From: Verrucomicrobiaceae bacterium
Lineage (GTDB): Bacteria > Verrucomicrobiota > Verrucomicrobiia > Verrucomicrobiales > Akkermansiaceae
Direction: 5' to 3'
Assembly (NCBI GenBank): GCA_051252135.1
Contig: JBPOGH010000001.1
Coordinates: 352,001-416,000, forward strand
Length of the DNA: 64,000 nucleotides
In this document: piece by piece, positions 42,429-52,075 of the stretch
Numbering within the stretch: position 1 is the first letter of the stretch
How the letters are laid out: the number at the start of each line of letters is the position of its first letter
Translations under genes and position numbers: made by a program
Notes under the pieces: generated by a model
Database searches by the model: none
Told to the model about the DNA's origin: nothing
The model's input: the letters and a program-made list of their open reading frames with translations, nothing else

Positions 42429-43975
42429 CCGTTCCCCCTTCCTGAAAATGGCCACTCGTTCCATAGACGGTTCATTTCTGACTCCTCCGGCTTCTGCTTT
42501 GCGTATGCCAGGCGAATCCATGTCCCCGTAAGAAGCTCAAAATAGTCAAACTCACTCACCCCGGTCCCACTCAACCTCCTCAGACAATCACTCTCCGTAT
42601 CCGACTCTTCAATCTCGACCAAATCCCGGGCCACCAGTGAACCGATCGCCCCCCGATACAGCAATCCCATCGCCTCCCGCACGTTACCCTCCGCCCACAA
42701 CCGCTTTGCTACCGACAAAATATCCGCAGGCAAACTCTCCGGCGTAATTTGCATCCCAGCCACCGTCTTCACCTTCTTCCTTTCAATACCTCCCCGTGCC
42801 ACAGGCCCGTTAAACGCCTGCAAGTTATGAACAATCAACCATACCAATCCCCCGACCACGACGATCACCACGGCCCAAAATATCAACTGTCCCACCCCCG
42901 CAAAAAGTCCCAACCCACTTCCATCCTCCGCGTCACTCCCGCTCCCGGCCTCCTCCTCTTCGAATTCCCCTGAATCATCCTCCTTCTCAACCTTCGTGCG
43001 ACTGATTCGATTCTGTATCTCGAAATCTTCGCTCGCCAACACCTCATTGATCCGCTCTTCCGCAGTCGAGGCCTCCACCTGAAGCCCCCCTCCGAAAAGG
43101 GAAAGCACGAGCACGAGCAACCCAAGCCGCTGCCCCAGGCGCTTAAAACTCAGCTCGATATCCCAGCCCTCCGTCAGAGTTCGACTGTTGACATAAAGTC
43201 CGAATCCTCCCCCTGCATAAAACCAAGAGGTCAGTGACATGGAGATTACATAAGCCACCGCCATCAATGCCATGGTCCACTCGGGAAGCACATCAGGACC
43301 CGCTTTAAAAAAATCACTCACCAACTGCCCCACATCCCACTCCGTTCCCGCGGGAATCATAAAATCGATCAGATAAAACAGGCTCACAAAAAGCCCTACT
43401 TCCATCAATAGACAGAGCAAGGTCAGCGCAAAGGCCGTCCCGGAACTCCGACGGGTTAACAATGAAACCCTGGATCGATAAGCCGCCCCCTTCAGCCCTT
43501 CCAAAAATCGCACCGAGAGCACAAATGAGCGGTAAACCGATGATCGGTAAAACAGCACCCCGATCAAGCTCAGCCAAAACAGTGCCTGTAATCCCCCATC
43601 CGAATCCTCCTGATGCAACACCACCCCAAGACCCGAAAAGACCATTCCAATCACGACCAATAACCAATTCTCGCGTAGCTGGGCCGGCACCACCTTGATC
43701 GTCGCTTTCGTATTGGGAGCCTCTCCAAAAAGATGCCTGCTCAATGGAAATAAGGACACCCGATCCCAAATGGGTTTCAGCCACCAAATAAAAAACACCC
43801 CCCATCCCGGACTCTTCCAAAACACCCCCATGATGAGCAGCGACATGGGCAACACCGTCACCAGCCAGGCCCGCCACAAAGTCCCCAGATGGGCCCTTGC
43901 CAAACTCAAGCCCAGGTCAACCGCCTCCCATTCACTGCGCGGACGAATCTCCGCCGTCACTTTCTCAAGCTCCAC
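42425..43975 (-). CDS. DUF4129-containing membrane protein
   Basis: IRPRSEWEAVDLG, WWLKP-WDR, YVNSRT--EGWDIEL and C-terminal LLYRG...TESDCL motifs. Confidence 0.8.
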   Translation of the reverse strand: MELEKVTAEIRPRSEWEAVDLGLSLARAHLGTLWRAWLVTVLPMSLLIMGVFWKSPGWGVFFIWWLKPIWDRVSLFPLSRHLFGEAPNTKATIKVVPAQLRENWLLVVIGMVFSGLGVVLHQEDSDGGLQALFWLSLIGVLFYRSSVYRSFVLSVRFLEGLKGAAYRSRVSLLTRRSSGTAFALTLLCLLMEVGLFVSLFYLIDFMIPAGTEWDVGQLVSDFFKAGPDVLPEWTMALMAVAYVISMSLTSWFYAGGGFGLYVNSRTLTEGWDIELSFKRLGQRLGLLVLVLSLFGGGLQVEASTAEERINEVLASEDFEIQNRISRTKVEKEDDSGEFEEEEAGSGSDAEDGSGLGLFAGVGQLIFWAVVIVVVGGLVWLIVHNLQAFNGPVARGGIERKKVKTVAGMQITPESLPADILSVAKRLWAEGNVREAMGLLYRGAIGSLVARDLVEIEESDTESDCLRRLSGTGVSEFDYFELLTGTWIRLAYAKQKPEESEMNRLWNEWPFSGRGNG

Positions 43976-44933
43976 TCCGCCCCCTTCCTACAAAGGAAAA
44001 ATACAAGACGTGCAAAACCCAAAAGAAAATCCCCACGGCATACTTCGTTGCATTCTCAACCGGCTGGGCCGACCAAAAACCCTCCACCACAGCAGCCAAC
44101 CCCGTCATGCAAGCGCCTCCAATCAACAATGGCAGCCCGTCACGTCCGGCCTTTGATAACGCCTCACCCCGGGTCAGTCGGCCCGGATCCAGAAGCGCAA
44201 ACCCCATCTTCAAGCCCGCCATCCCGACCACAATCATTCCCAACAATTCAAAAGAAGAATGCCCCGCCACAAAGGACCACAACTTTTCAGGATCACCCGC
44301 ATATTCGACATAACCGACCACCGCTCCAATGTTCAAACCGTTGAATACCAGAAAAAACAAGGTCCCCACGCCATACAAAATCCCACTCGCAAACAGGCGG
44401 AAATCAATCCCCACATTGTTCCAGATGTAGAATGCAAACATCATGAAGTTCGATCCATGCTCCTGCCGTAAAAAGGAAACGGTATCCGCATCCTTCCCAT
44501 ACATCCCCTCAATGTTTGCCATCCCCTCCGCACCCAAAATCGATTGCACCCAGGCAATCTCCTTGGATGCCGACCACCACATCAGAAAAAAAGGCAGCCA
44601 AAACACCAAAGAGGCCAGAACAAACAATTTCCATTCCCGCCGAAACGCATTGGGAAACGTATCAATGGTGAACTGCACGGACCGCTCGCCAAACCCACCC
44701 CTGTTCCGGTGAATCAAACGGTATCCCCGAATCGCCAAATTATTCAGCCGATCACAAACCCGTGCTCCGTACATCCGATATTGCGCGAGTGCCAAATCAT
44801 GACAAACTCTTCGGAACATCCCCGGAACCTTCTCCGGCTCGATCGAAGGACCGCTCTTTTCCACCGTGCTCAAATGAAGCTCGAAGGAATTCCACTCAGC
44901 CGACTTACGCTGTTCAAATTCCTGCCTGTTCAT
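43965..44933 (-). CDS. Stage II sporulation protein M (SpoIIM/DUF95) family membrane protein
   Basis: YIWNN, NGLNIG, HSSFEL and AAVVEGFWS motifs. Confidence 0.88.
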   Translation of the reverse strand: MNRQEFEQRKSAEWNSFELHLSTVEKSGPSIEPEKVPGMFRRVCHDLALAQYRMYGARVCDRLNNLAIRGYRLIHRNRGGFGERSVQFTIDTFPNAFRREWKLFVLASLVFWLPFFLMWWSASKEIAWVQSILGAEGMANIEGMYGKDADTVSFLRQEHGSNFMMFAFYIWNNVGIDFRLFASGILYGVGTLFFLVFNGLNIGAVVGYVEYAGDPEKLWSFVAGHSSFELLGMIVVGMAGLKMGFALLDPGRLTRGEALSKAGRDGLPLLIGGACMTGLAAVVEGFWSAQPVENATKYAVGIFFWVLHVLYFSFVGRGRSGA

Positions 44934-45640
44934 ACGTGGTCCTCCAGCCAGTGGGCCATTCCGGTTAGCACACCCACCCCTTTCGCCCCCACACTCCCCG
45001 TCAACGGCTCCAGGTGATTCGCCAACTCGGCTCGCCGCGCCTCAGACCAAGTTCCGGAGCGATGACGGAAGGAAATTATCGCCGCACGCTCCTCCCGGGT
45101 AAGCGCCACGTGAATCGGCACCGCCGCGATTGGTGGAGGCCCCGAAAACGTCGACTCGGGCCTGTCCTTGGAATACACCACCAAGGTTCCACCCGCCAAA
45201 TCCCCCAACCGCTGAAAGCGTGAATTAAAAAACGCCACCATGGGCAGAAATGGCAGCGTCATCTCAATTCCTCGCAGAAAATTCCGAATCATCGACTGAC
45301 CTACCGTCACCGTCCCGCCGGCCATATTCACTACCCGCAAACCCGTAATCCGCTTTCCGGGAGTCGCGCCCTTAATGCCAACTTCGAAAAATACTGGATA
45401 GAACCAGTAAATCGCAAACGCCGTCAGCAACATGATCCCGGTCGCCACATTACTTCCGACCCCAAGCGAGAGCATCCCAAACACCATCGCCAGCAACCAA
45501 AAAACCGCAATTTCGATCAGCAAGTCCAGAGCGTAAGCCACCACACGTAAAAATGGACCCGCGATCCGCAAGTGGACTTCCATCCCCTCCGCCAACTCTA
45601 CTGTTTGTAGCGTATCCAGTCTCCGTTGAACCCCTGCCAT
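44930..45640 (-). CDS. RDD family membrane protein
   Basis: R--AY-LD, G-TPGK---GLRVV, RN-LR and QRLGDLAGGT motifs. Confidence 0.9.
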   Translation of the reverse strand: MAGVQRRLDTLQTVELAEGMEVHLRIAGPFLRVVAYALDLLIEIAVFWLLAMVFGMLSLGVGSNVATGIMLLTAFAIYWFYPVFFEVGIKGATPGKRITGLRVVNMAGGTVTVGQSMIRNFLRGIEMTLPFLPMVAFFNSRFQRLGDLAGGTLVVYSKDRPESTFSGPPPIAAVPIHVALTREERAAIISFRHRSGTWSEARRAELANHLEPLTGSVGAKGVGVLTGMAHWLEDHV

Positions 45641-45709
45641 TTTCAGAGGGAGAATCTACCAGCCCCATGGACTGCGTAAAGGATTCTGAACCCAAAATGA
45701 GAGAAAAAA

Positions 45710-45785
45710 TGGAGCCAGCTGTCGGATTCGAACCGACAACCACTCGATTACAAATCGAGAGCTCTACCGTTGAAGCTAAGCTGGC
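45710..45785 (-). tRNA. tRNA-Thr(TGT)
   Basis: Reverse complement GCCAGCTTAGCTTCAACGGTAGAGCTCTCGATTTGTAATCGAGTGGTTGTCGGTTCGAATCCGACAGCTGGCTCCA; anticodon TGT, CCA end. Confidence 0.96.
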
Positions 45786-45834
45786 TTGGATTCACCTTCA
45801 AAAGGCGGACTGTTGACCTCGGTCAACGGGCGGG

Positions 45835-45862
45835 AGAATACAAATCCCGACTACTCTGGCAA
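45835..45862 (-). promoter_or_regulatory. Candidate sigma70 promoter of tRNA-Thr
   Basis: TTGCCA-16 bp-TATTCT followed by a GC-rich discriminator CCCGCCCG. Confidence 0.6.
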
Positions 45863-45878
45863 GTTTTATACCAAGGAT

Positions 45879-47084
45879 TTACCTCGGTTTCAGAGACAAC
45901 TTCATTGCCGGCATGATCATCATCGTGGCGACCATCATCAATCCGGCCCCGAGAACCCCTACCCAGACCGGGCCCAGACTCGAGGCCATCTGGAAAGCAA
46001 TAAATGGAGCCACCACGCCGCGGCACCCCGTCAGGAAGGTATGAACACTCATATACTCCGCCACATTCTCCGCGTTCGCAAATTTCGTCACCCAAAGCGT
46101 CCACGCCACATTCCCCCCCGCTCGCGCCACCCCGTGCAAACCGATTCCAACATACAACGCCCACATCCCGTTCCCCAGGAAGTAACAAAGAATTCCCGCA
46201 GCAAAGATCACATTGATCAGGGCCCGCAAAACATAAAAATTCATCCGGTCAAAAAGCCTCCCCCATACCAAAATACACACCAGAAACAGCGATTCCGGAA
46301 TCACCGTCGTGATCACGCTGACATGCCCTTCGCTTAGAAAAAAACCATATTTCTCGTTCGTGATGTACTCCACGAAAAGTGAGAAGCACATCAGGTTTCC
46401 CATCCCCAATATCATCCAGGAAATCAATAAGCTTCGAAATGCCCGGTCCTCCCCGGTATGGCGAAACGCGTCGAAGAGCTTCACCGCATTCACCCGCCGG
46501 AGGGTCACCTGATCCATCGCCAGAACACAACAGGCCATCAACCCGCAAGCCCCCGAATAGAAACGGAGCAACCAGGGAAAATAATCGAGTGAAAGTGTCA
46601 GCATCCAACCGAACAGAAGGGCCGCAATGATCGCGAACACTTTCCTCACAAAAGCCGTCATTGAAAACAACCGTCCACGGGATTCATCCGGATAATGTCT
46701 CCGGTAAATTTGTGAAAACAACGGAACGTTCAGAGTCACCCCGATCAAACCAAGGGACATCCCCATCAAATACATCCAGAACCGGTCACCAGCCATCGAG
46801 GCCACCCAGAAACCGACACCTGCCGCCCCAAAAATCAGCGCCAACGCCTTATTCACTGACATCCCCGATCGCCTCACCCCCTGAACCACAAAAAGGCTGA
46901 GCAATAACCCCAAACTCGGAAGTGCTACCAGCGTCGCCTTCGACCATGACCCCGCATCAAACACCCGGTCCGCCAATAAAATGGAAAACGTCGTTCCTAC
47001 CGTCTCCACCACCCCCGCCGGGATCGCACGCAGACTATCCAGCTTGAATGTCTTTGCGTGATAGGAACTTTCCTCGCTAGGCAC
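45879..47084 (-). CDS. MFS transporter
   Basis: About 12 TM helices; YPDESRGR and WGRLFDR MFS loop motifs. Confidence 0.85.
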   Translation of the reverse strand: MPSEESSYHAKTFKLDSLRAIPAGVVETVGTTFSILLADRVFDAGSWSKATLVALPSLGLLLSLFVVQGVRRSGMSVNKALALIFGAAGVGFWVASMAGDRFWMYLMGMSLGLIGVTLNVPLFSQIYRRHYPDESRGRLFSMTAFVRKVFAIIAALLFGWMLTLSLDYFPWLLRFYSGACGLMACCVLAMDQVTLRRVNAVKLFDAFRHTGEDRAFRSLLISWMILGMGNLMCFSLFVEYITNEKYGFFLSEGHVSVITTVIPESLFLVCILVWGRLFDRMNFYVLRALINVIFAAGILCYFLGNGMWALYVGIGLHGVARAGGNVAWTLWVTKFANAENVAEYMSVHTFLTGCRGVVAPFIAFQMASSLGPVWVGVLGAGLMMVATMMIMPAMKLSLKPR

Positions 47085-48054
47085 GTCCTCCCCCCTTGTC
47101 TGCAGCCAGCCACCAGTAAAAAGACAGACTCACCAACACCGATGCCAACCCCACATGGAGCACCTGAACAACCGCGCTGATTTCAACATGGGTAAACACC
47201 AGCCCCATGATCATAAACGCCAAAACAATCAGCAACACAAGTCGGGGCACCAACCCGCACCATCCCACTCGCCAACCGGCCCATAGCGCCGCGGCAAAGA
47301 TCGCCCACGAGAAACTCCGGTGAACCAAAAAGATCAGCGACCCGTCAATCTGCCCAATCCAGTCCCCCCGCGATTCCGTTCCCAACTGACGCTGTAAAAC
47401 ATCCGTCATCTCTCTGATCTGCGACCCCATCACCCCCTCCAAAAGAACGAAAAAAAGGAGAATCCCCACCTCGAGTCGCGAAGCCCCCATAATCGACTTC
47501 GGTCGTCGTTCTCCGGTCCCTGCCCAATAAATATAGACGAGGAGAAAAAGCAAAATGAAGGCCAGCACCATATGCGAGGTAATCACCCCGCTACGCAGCC
47601 CGCTGTAGACCACCGCTGCACCCAAAATCGCATTCAGAATCACCAGAATGAAACTCCACACCGCAGCCTTTCGGACCGCCCCCGGAAGCTGTGTTCTCCG
47701 CAGAGCCTTCACCATCAGGACCAGCGTGCTTAACAAGACCGGCAGTGCAAACAGGCGATTCACAAATTCAATGTAGGTGTGCGTCCCGTTAAATTCCGCC
47801 CTCAATGACTCCTTGGTAATCTCACTGGGATCACGTCCGAGCTTCTTCGCCGCCCGCTCGAATCGCTCCATATCGAGATGGTCAAAGTCCACCTGCTCAA
47901 CCTTCCAGGGCGGAATCAACCGCCCCCAGCAAGTGGGCCAATCCGGACAACCAAGACCGGCTCCCGAAGTCCTCACCGTCGCACCCACAAAAACCAGAAC
48001 TGTAACAAAAAAGAGCGCGATCATCGCCGCTCGCTTCACTCCATTGCTTCGCAC
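47077..48054 (-). CDS. ctaA: Heme A synthase (COX15/CtaA family)
   Basis: GATVR-SGAGLGCPDWPTCWG and E-VNR motifs; conserved His in SHM, VHR and LHV; about 8 TM. Confidence 0.85.
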   Translation of the reverse strand: MRSNGVKRAAMIALFFVTVLVFVGATVRTSGAGLGCPDWPTCWGRLIPPWKVEQVDFDHLDMERFERAAKKLGRDPSEITKESLRAEFNGTHTYIEFVNRLFALPVLLSTLVLMVKALRRTQLPGAVRKAAVWSFILVILNAILGAAVVYSGLRSGVITSHMVLAFILLFLLVYIYWAGTGERRPKSIMGASRLEVGILLFFVLLEGVMGSQIREMTDVLQRQLGTESRGDWIGQIDGSLIFLVHRSFSWAIFAAALWAGWRVGWCGLVPRLVLLIVLAFMIMGLVFTHVEISAVVQVLHVGLASVLVSLSFYWWLAADKGGGRA

Positions 48055-48091
48055 CCCGACACCCTAGCTTCTTTTTCGCCGCTGACAATTG

Positions 48092-49276
48092 TTAGCTCTG
48101 CGAAGCGTCTCCCAATCTGGGAGACAAATCAACATCCTCATCCAACATGCTCTGATCGGAAACTTGGTCATCACCATCCGGAACAAGAATCGGCCGCCTC
48201 TTCTCCTTGGTGATCGCCACCGAAACCCAACGCAACTCGTCGTTATTGTCCAGCATCACCTTAACCACCATCGTCAGAGGAACCGCCAGCAGCATTCCCA
48301 CCGGCCCCCAGATAAATCCCCAGAAGAGAACCGACACAATCACCACCAAAGTCGAAAGTCCAAAGCGTCTTCCCATCAGCATCGGCTCAAGGAAGTTCCC
48401 CAAAAATACATTGATCGAAGCATACCCCACAAAAATCGCCACCGCACTGGGACCACCCGAAAGAACCAGAGCCAAAATAAATGGCGGCACCCCCGCAATA
48501 ATTGATCCCAAAACCGGAATGAAATTCAGCGCGAACGCCAGAATCCCCCAAAGAACGAAGAAATCAAGCCGCGCAGCCCAACACAGGAATCCGGCCAAAA
48601 CACCCGTCGCAAGGCTCACCACCGTCTTCATCGCAAGATATCGTTGAATGTCGGAGGTCGCGTGAAGAATACGCTCCAGATTCGGTCCGCGCGCATCCAG
48701 CACCGCATTCACCCGTCGACCGAACATCCTCGCCTCACTGATCATGAAAATCGTCAGGATCAGAACCAGAAGCGTCGCCCCCAGAAAGGACAACACCTGC
48801 CAGGCCACGTTGGTGCCCAGATCGAGCACCTTGCTGACCGAAAAATTCTCTGCAATCTGTTCCTGCAGCTTCGACGTTCCATACACCTCCACCTTCTCCC
48901 GCGCGTCCTCCACATTCCACGCCTCCAAAACACCCACCGCCTGATCCGACACCTCCTGAATCCGCACATTGAGCTGCGGATAGTATTTGTCATGCCACTT
49001 CGTCTCCAGATCACCCAACAAGGAAACACCGATCAGAACAATCCCGCTCAAAAAGGCAAAATCAACCAGCACCGTCAGCAACACCGCGAAAAAACGAGGC
49101 ACCTTGTGCCGCCGTAACCAACTCGTAATCGGAAAACTGATCGTCGCAATGAAGGCCGCCAACAGAATCGGAACAAAAAAACCCTGAGCCAATTTAAGCC
49201 CGGTCACAAGAATCACCACACTCGCTGCGGTCACCAATATCCGTGTAGCATTGGCACTCTGTCGTTCTTCTACCAT
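48092..49276 (-). CDS. AI-2E (PerM/TqsA) family transporter
   Basis: LNFIP-LG, N-LEP-LMG and FWG--WG-VG-LLAVP motifs. Confidence 0.9.
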   Translation of the reverse strand: MVEERQSANATRILVTAASVVILVTGLKLAQGFFVPILLAAFIATISFPITSWLRRHKVPRFFAVLLTVLVDFAFLSGIVLIGVSLLGDLETKWHDKYYPQLNVRIQEVSDQAVGVLEAWNVEDAREKVEVYGTSKLQEQIAENFSVSKVLDLGTNVAWQVLSFLGATLLVLILTIFMISEARMFGRRVNAVLDARGPNLERILHATSDIQRYLAMKTVVSLATGVLAGFLCWAARLDFFVLWGILAFALNFIPVLGSIIAGVPPFILALVLSGGPSAVAIFVGYASINVFLGNFLEPMLMGRRFGLSTLVVIVSVLFWGFIWGPVGMLLAVPLTMVVKVMLDNNDELRWVSVAITKEKRRPILVPDGDDQVSDQSMLDEDVDLSPRLGDASQS

Positions 49277-49365
49277 TTTCCTAATCCCATCTCTCCATGC
49301 AAGGTCACCGAAGATAGTCAGATTTCAACAAAATCACAAAAGGAATCAACCAACCGACAACGTTT

Positions 49366-50322
49366 TTACAGGATCTCCCCCGATCCCCCCAGCGACTTGA
49401 AGCCACCGCGCACCTTCAAATCCATCAGGGCCGGCCCAAGTTCGGGCCAGCGAAACACAAAGCCCCCCTTCTCCAGCCTCCCCGGAACCACCCATCGGCT
49501 CTTCAAAACCATCTCAGTTTCAGTCCGTAACAAGAACGCCCCCGCTTCCAACATCAATTTGCTCGCCGGAAGCCCCCACCTTCTCCCCTCCACCTTGCGA
49601 AACACCTCCATCACCTCCCGGTTGGTTTGGGCCGTCGGAGCCACCACGTTATAAATCCCTTCACTTTCATGGTTCGAAATCAGCCAATCAACCACCCGAC
49701 AAAAATCCTCCACGTGAATCCAGCTGACCCGTTGATGGCCACTTCCCATCGTCCCACCCAACCACCACCTCGATAAGGTCGCCAGGTAGTCGTACACCGT
49801 CCCCGGTTCGTTCGCGATCACCATCGCGGTCCTCATCGCCACTTTGCGCACCTCTCCCGGCACCACGCTTTGGAAAAAAGCCTCCTCCCACGCGTTCGCA
49901 ATCCCCACCGAAAACCCACTCCCGATCTCTCCGCTCACTTCATCTTGTGCCCGATCTTCAGCGTGCCGGTAGATCGTTGCCGTGCTCGAATTCAGCCAAA
50001 ACTTTGGCGGACACCGGCATCCCGCGATCGCCTCACCCAGCACCCGCGTGCTCACCACCCGACTCTCCAGAATCAACTTCCGGTTCTGCTCTCCATACCG
50101 GCAGTTGACGCTCCGTCCCGCCAAATTCACGAGAACTTCCGCACCCTCCAGGTCACCCTGCCAGTCGCCCGGATTGACCGCGTCCCAACGCCGATCAACC
50201 ACCCCTTCAATGACTCCCGCGTTCCGGCTCAACCCCACCACCTCCCAGTCCCGGTCCAAAAACCAGCGACTTAAATATCGCCCCAAAAATCCGTTCGCTC
50301 CTGCGATAACTACCTTCTTCAT
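49366..50322 (-). CDS. TIGR01777/YfcH-type NAD-dependent epimerase-like oxidoreductase
   Basis: GANGFLG, NLAGRSV, SR--ST, G-G-Q--SWIH--D and LKSRWVVP-RL motifs. Confidence 0.9.
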   Translation of the reverse strand: MKKVVIAGANGFLGRYLSRWFLDRDWEVVGLSRNAGVIEGVVDRRWDAVNPGDWQGDLEGAEVLVNLAGRSVNCRYGEQNRKLILESRVVSTRVLGEAIAGCRCPPKFWLNSSTATIYRHAEDRAQDEVSGEIGSGFSVGIANAWEEAFFQSVVPGEVRKVAMRTAMVIANEPGTVYDYLATLSRWWLGGTMGSGHQRVSWIHVEDFCRVVDWLISNHESEGIYNVVAPTAQTNREVMEVFRKVEGRRWGLPASKLMLEAGAFLLRTETEMVLKSRWVVPGRLEKGGFVFRWPELGPALMDLKVRGGFKSLGGSGEIL

Positions 50323-50326
50323 TCGT

Positions 50327-51223
50327 TCAATTGATTAGATTCATCACGCTCAAACACCGCTCAATCACCTCACTCTGAAACGCTGCCGGAAACAACCACC
50401 CCAGCGGCAAGGCCACCAAAAGGAGACTCCCCAACCGACCGAAGCGTCTCCCCCACCTCACCTCCACCAGCGTTAGCAATCCGTGCAGCGTAAAATACAA
50501 GGTCGGCAGCCCCCACCCCTCTTGCACCACCAGCGTAATCGCCACCTCGTGCAACAAGCCCGATACCACAAACACCGCCATTACCCCGGCACCATTCCCA
50601 AGCACCCCACCCACCGGCCTTCCCACCACCCGCTGCATCATCTGCGAGTATCCCACATTCCATCTTCGCCCCCAAAAGTCTCCCACCCCTCTCGCCTTCA
50701 GGAGATTTGGAAAGAGCGTCCTCACCGGAAACCCCGCCCTCCGGTGCAGCCCCTTCAGCACCCGCAACGCCCCGAAATGAAACCCCAGACTCATCGGGAC
50801 AAACATCACCAAAATCTGCCGCCACCCCATCTCCCACACCACCCAAGCCCCCACCGTCCCCACCACCATCATCAGGATTCCCCACTTCAAATCCCCCTTC
50901 CAGCTCAACCCCTCCCGCCGCTTTTCAAAACTCCCCGGATCCATCCCAAACCACAACAGCCCAAAGATCAAATAACGTCCCCCCCCCAACCTCCCGCCCC
51001 ACTCCGCATACACCAGCCCCTTCATCCCCCCCAACAACACCGCACAAACCCCTGCCATCCGCACAATCGGATCAACCTCCAGCAACACCAGGTGGCTGAC
51101 TCCAATCAACCCCAGAACCAATAACCATCCCAAGAACCGCCGTGGCCAAACTTGGCGGACTTCAGCCAAAATCCTTCCCCCTAGTAACCCCGCTCCCAAC
51201 AAAGCAAACAGAACCCAAATCAT
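50327..51223 (-). CDS. Membrane-bound O-acyltransferase (MBOAT_2/wax-synthase-like)
   Basis: FWGRRWN and VSGLLHE (catalytic His) motifs; many TM helices; ATGA overlap with the upstream gene. Confidence 0.85.
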   Translation of the reverse strand: MIWVLFALLGAGLLGGRILAEVRQVWPRRFLGWLLVLGLIGVSHLVLLEVDPIVRMAGVCAVLLGGMKGLVYAEWGGRLGGGRYLIFGLLWFGMDPGSFEKRREGLSWKGDLKWGILMMVVGTVGAWVVWEMGWRQILVMFVPMSLGFHFGALRVLKGLHRRAGFPVRTLFPNLLKARGVGDFWGRRWNVGYSQMMQRVVGRPVGGVLGNGAGVMAVFVVSGLLHEVAITLVVQEGWGLPTLYFTLHGLLTLVEVRWGRRFGRLGSLLLVALPLGWLFPAAFQSEVIERCLSVMNLIN

Positions 51224-51663
51224 CCCAGCCCCCTTTCTCCCAACCATCCCAGATTCCAGCATAGAACCGCTCCAAATGCCGTCACCAGACTCACAAAGAG
51301 CAAGGTCAGCAAATGCTTCGCCAACTCATTCCCCCGCGTCGGCTTCACCTCATCAAGATTGAAGCTGAAAAACTGCAACCCCAGACGCCACCCCCACCAC
51401 AGCGTGATAAATCCCGTCACCACCGCAGCCGACCGATGCCCACTCAGCAACCACTCCTGCTGCGTCAATGCCAGCACCGCAAAGAACACATGACTCGCAA
51501 AAACATACAACGCATAGGTCCACCACATCTGCTTCATCAACGGACTTAGCACCGCCAGCTTCCTCTTCCACTCAAGCGCCTTCGGTATCCAAAAGCTCGC
51601 CACGGTCAGAATCACCAGATTCAAGCCCGCCAAGGTCAGTCCAAGTTCCAGTAGTTCCTTCAT
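51220..51663 (-). CDS. Hypothetical 4-TM membrane protein (paralog B)
   Basis: Hydrophobic helices; ATGA overlaps at both ends. Confidence 0.75.
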   Translation of the reverse strand: MKELLELGLTLAGLNLVILTVASFWIPKALEWKRKLAVLSPLMKQMWWTYALYVFASHVFFAVLALTQQEWLLSGHRSAAVVTGFITLWWGWRLGLQFFSFNLDEVKPTRGNELAKHLLTLLFVSLVTAFGAVLCWNLGWLGERGLG

Positions 51664-52064
51664 CGTAGTAATCCCGCAGTGAAAAAGATGACCCCCAACG
51701 CCCCAAACACGATCAAAAAGAAGATGTCCCAAAATCGCTCCGCTGCCCGCAAACCTCCATCATAGTAGGTCAACTGAACCACCACCCGGCTCGTCCAGAA
51801 AACCCCAAAGAACACGCTCACCACCCGCCCCATCCCGGGCTCACGAAGCAACTCCGGCCAGCCCAGACAAAGAACCGCCAGAGCCGAAATCACAAACACA
51901 ATATAACCGCAGTGCACATAAAAGATCTGCCGCACAATCGTCTCCGCCCCCACAAGACTCCGGGCATAACCAAACCGCTTCGCCGCGATAAAGTTCGCCA
52001 CAATCAGCCCCGCGCAAGCCAACCCGGCAAGGCGAACCAACCAAATCAGTTGTTCTTCATTCAT
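51660..52064 (-). CDS. Hypothetical 4-TM membrane protein (paralog A)
   Basis: Hydrophobic helices; purine-rich AAGGAAAG upstream; similar to the next gene. Confidence 0.75.
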   Translation of the reverse strand: MNEEQLIWLVRLAGLACAGLIVANFIAAKRFGYARSLVGAETIVRQIFYVHCGYIVFVISALAVLCLGWPELLREPGMGRVVSVFFGVFWTSRVVVQLTYYDGGLRAAERFWDIFFLIVFGALGVIFFTAGLLR

Positions 52065-52075
52065 CGTCTTTCCTT

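Noticed and set aside
38816..45785. Genomic island integrated at tRNA-Thr carrying the MoxR operon
   Set aside because: No integrase, and no duplicated tRNA 3' end found at the far boundary.
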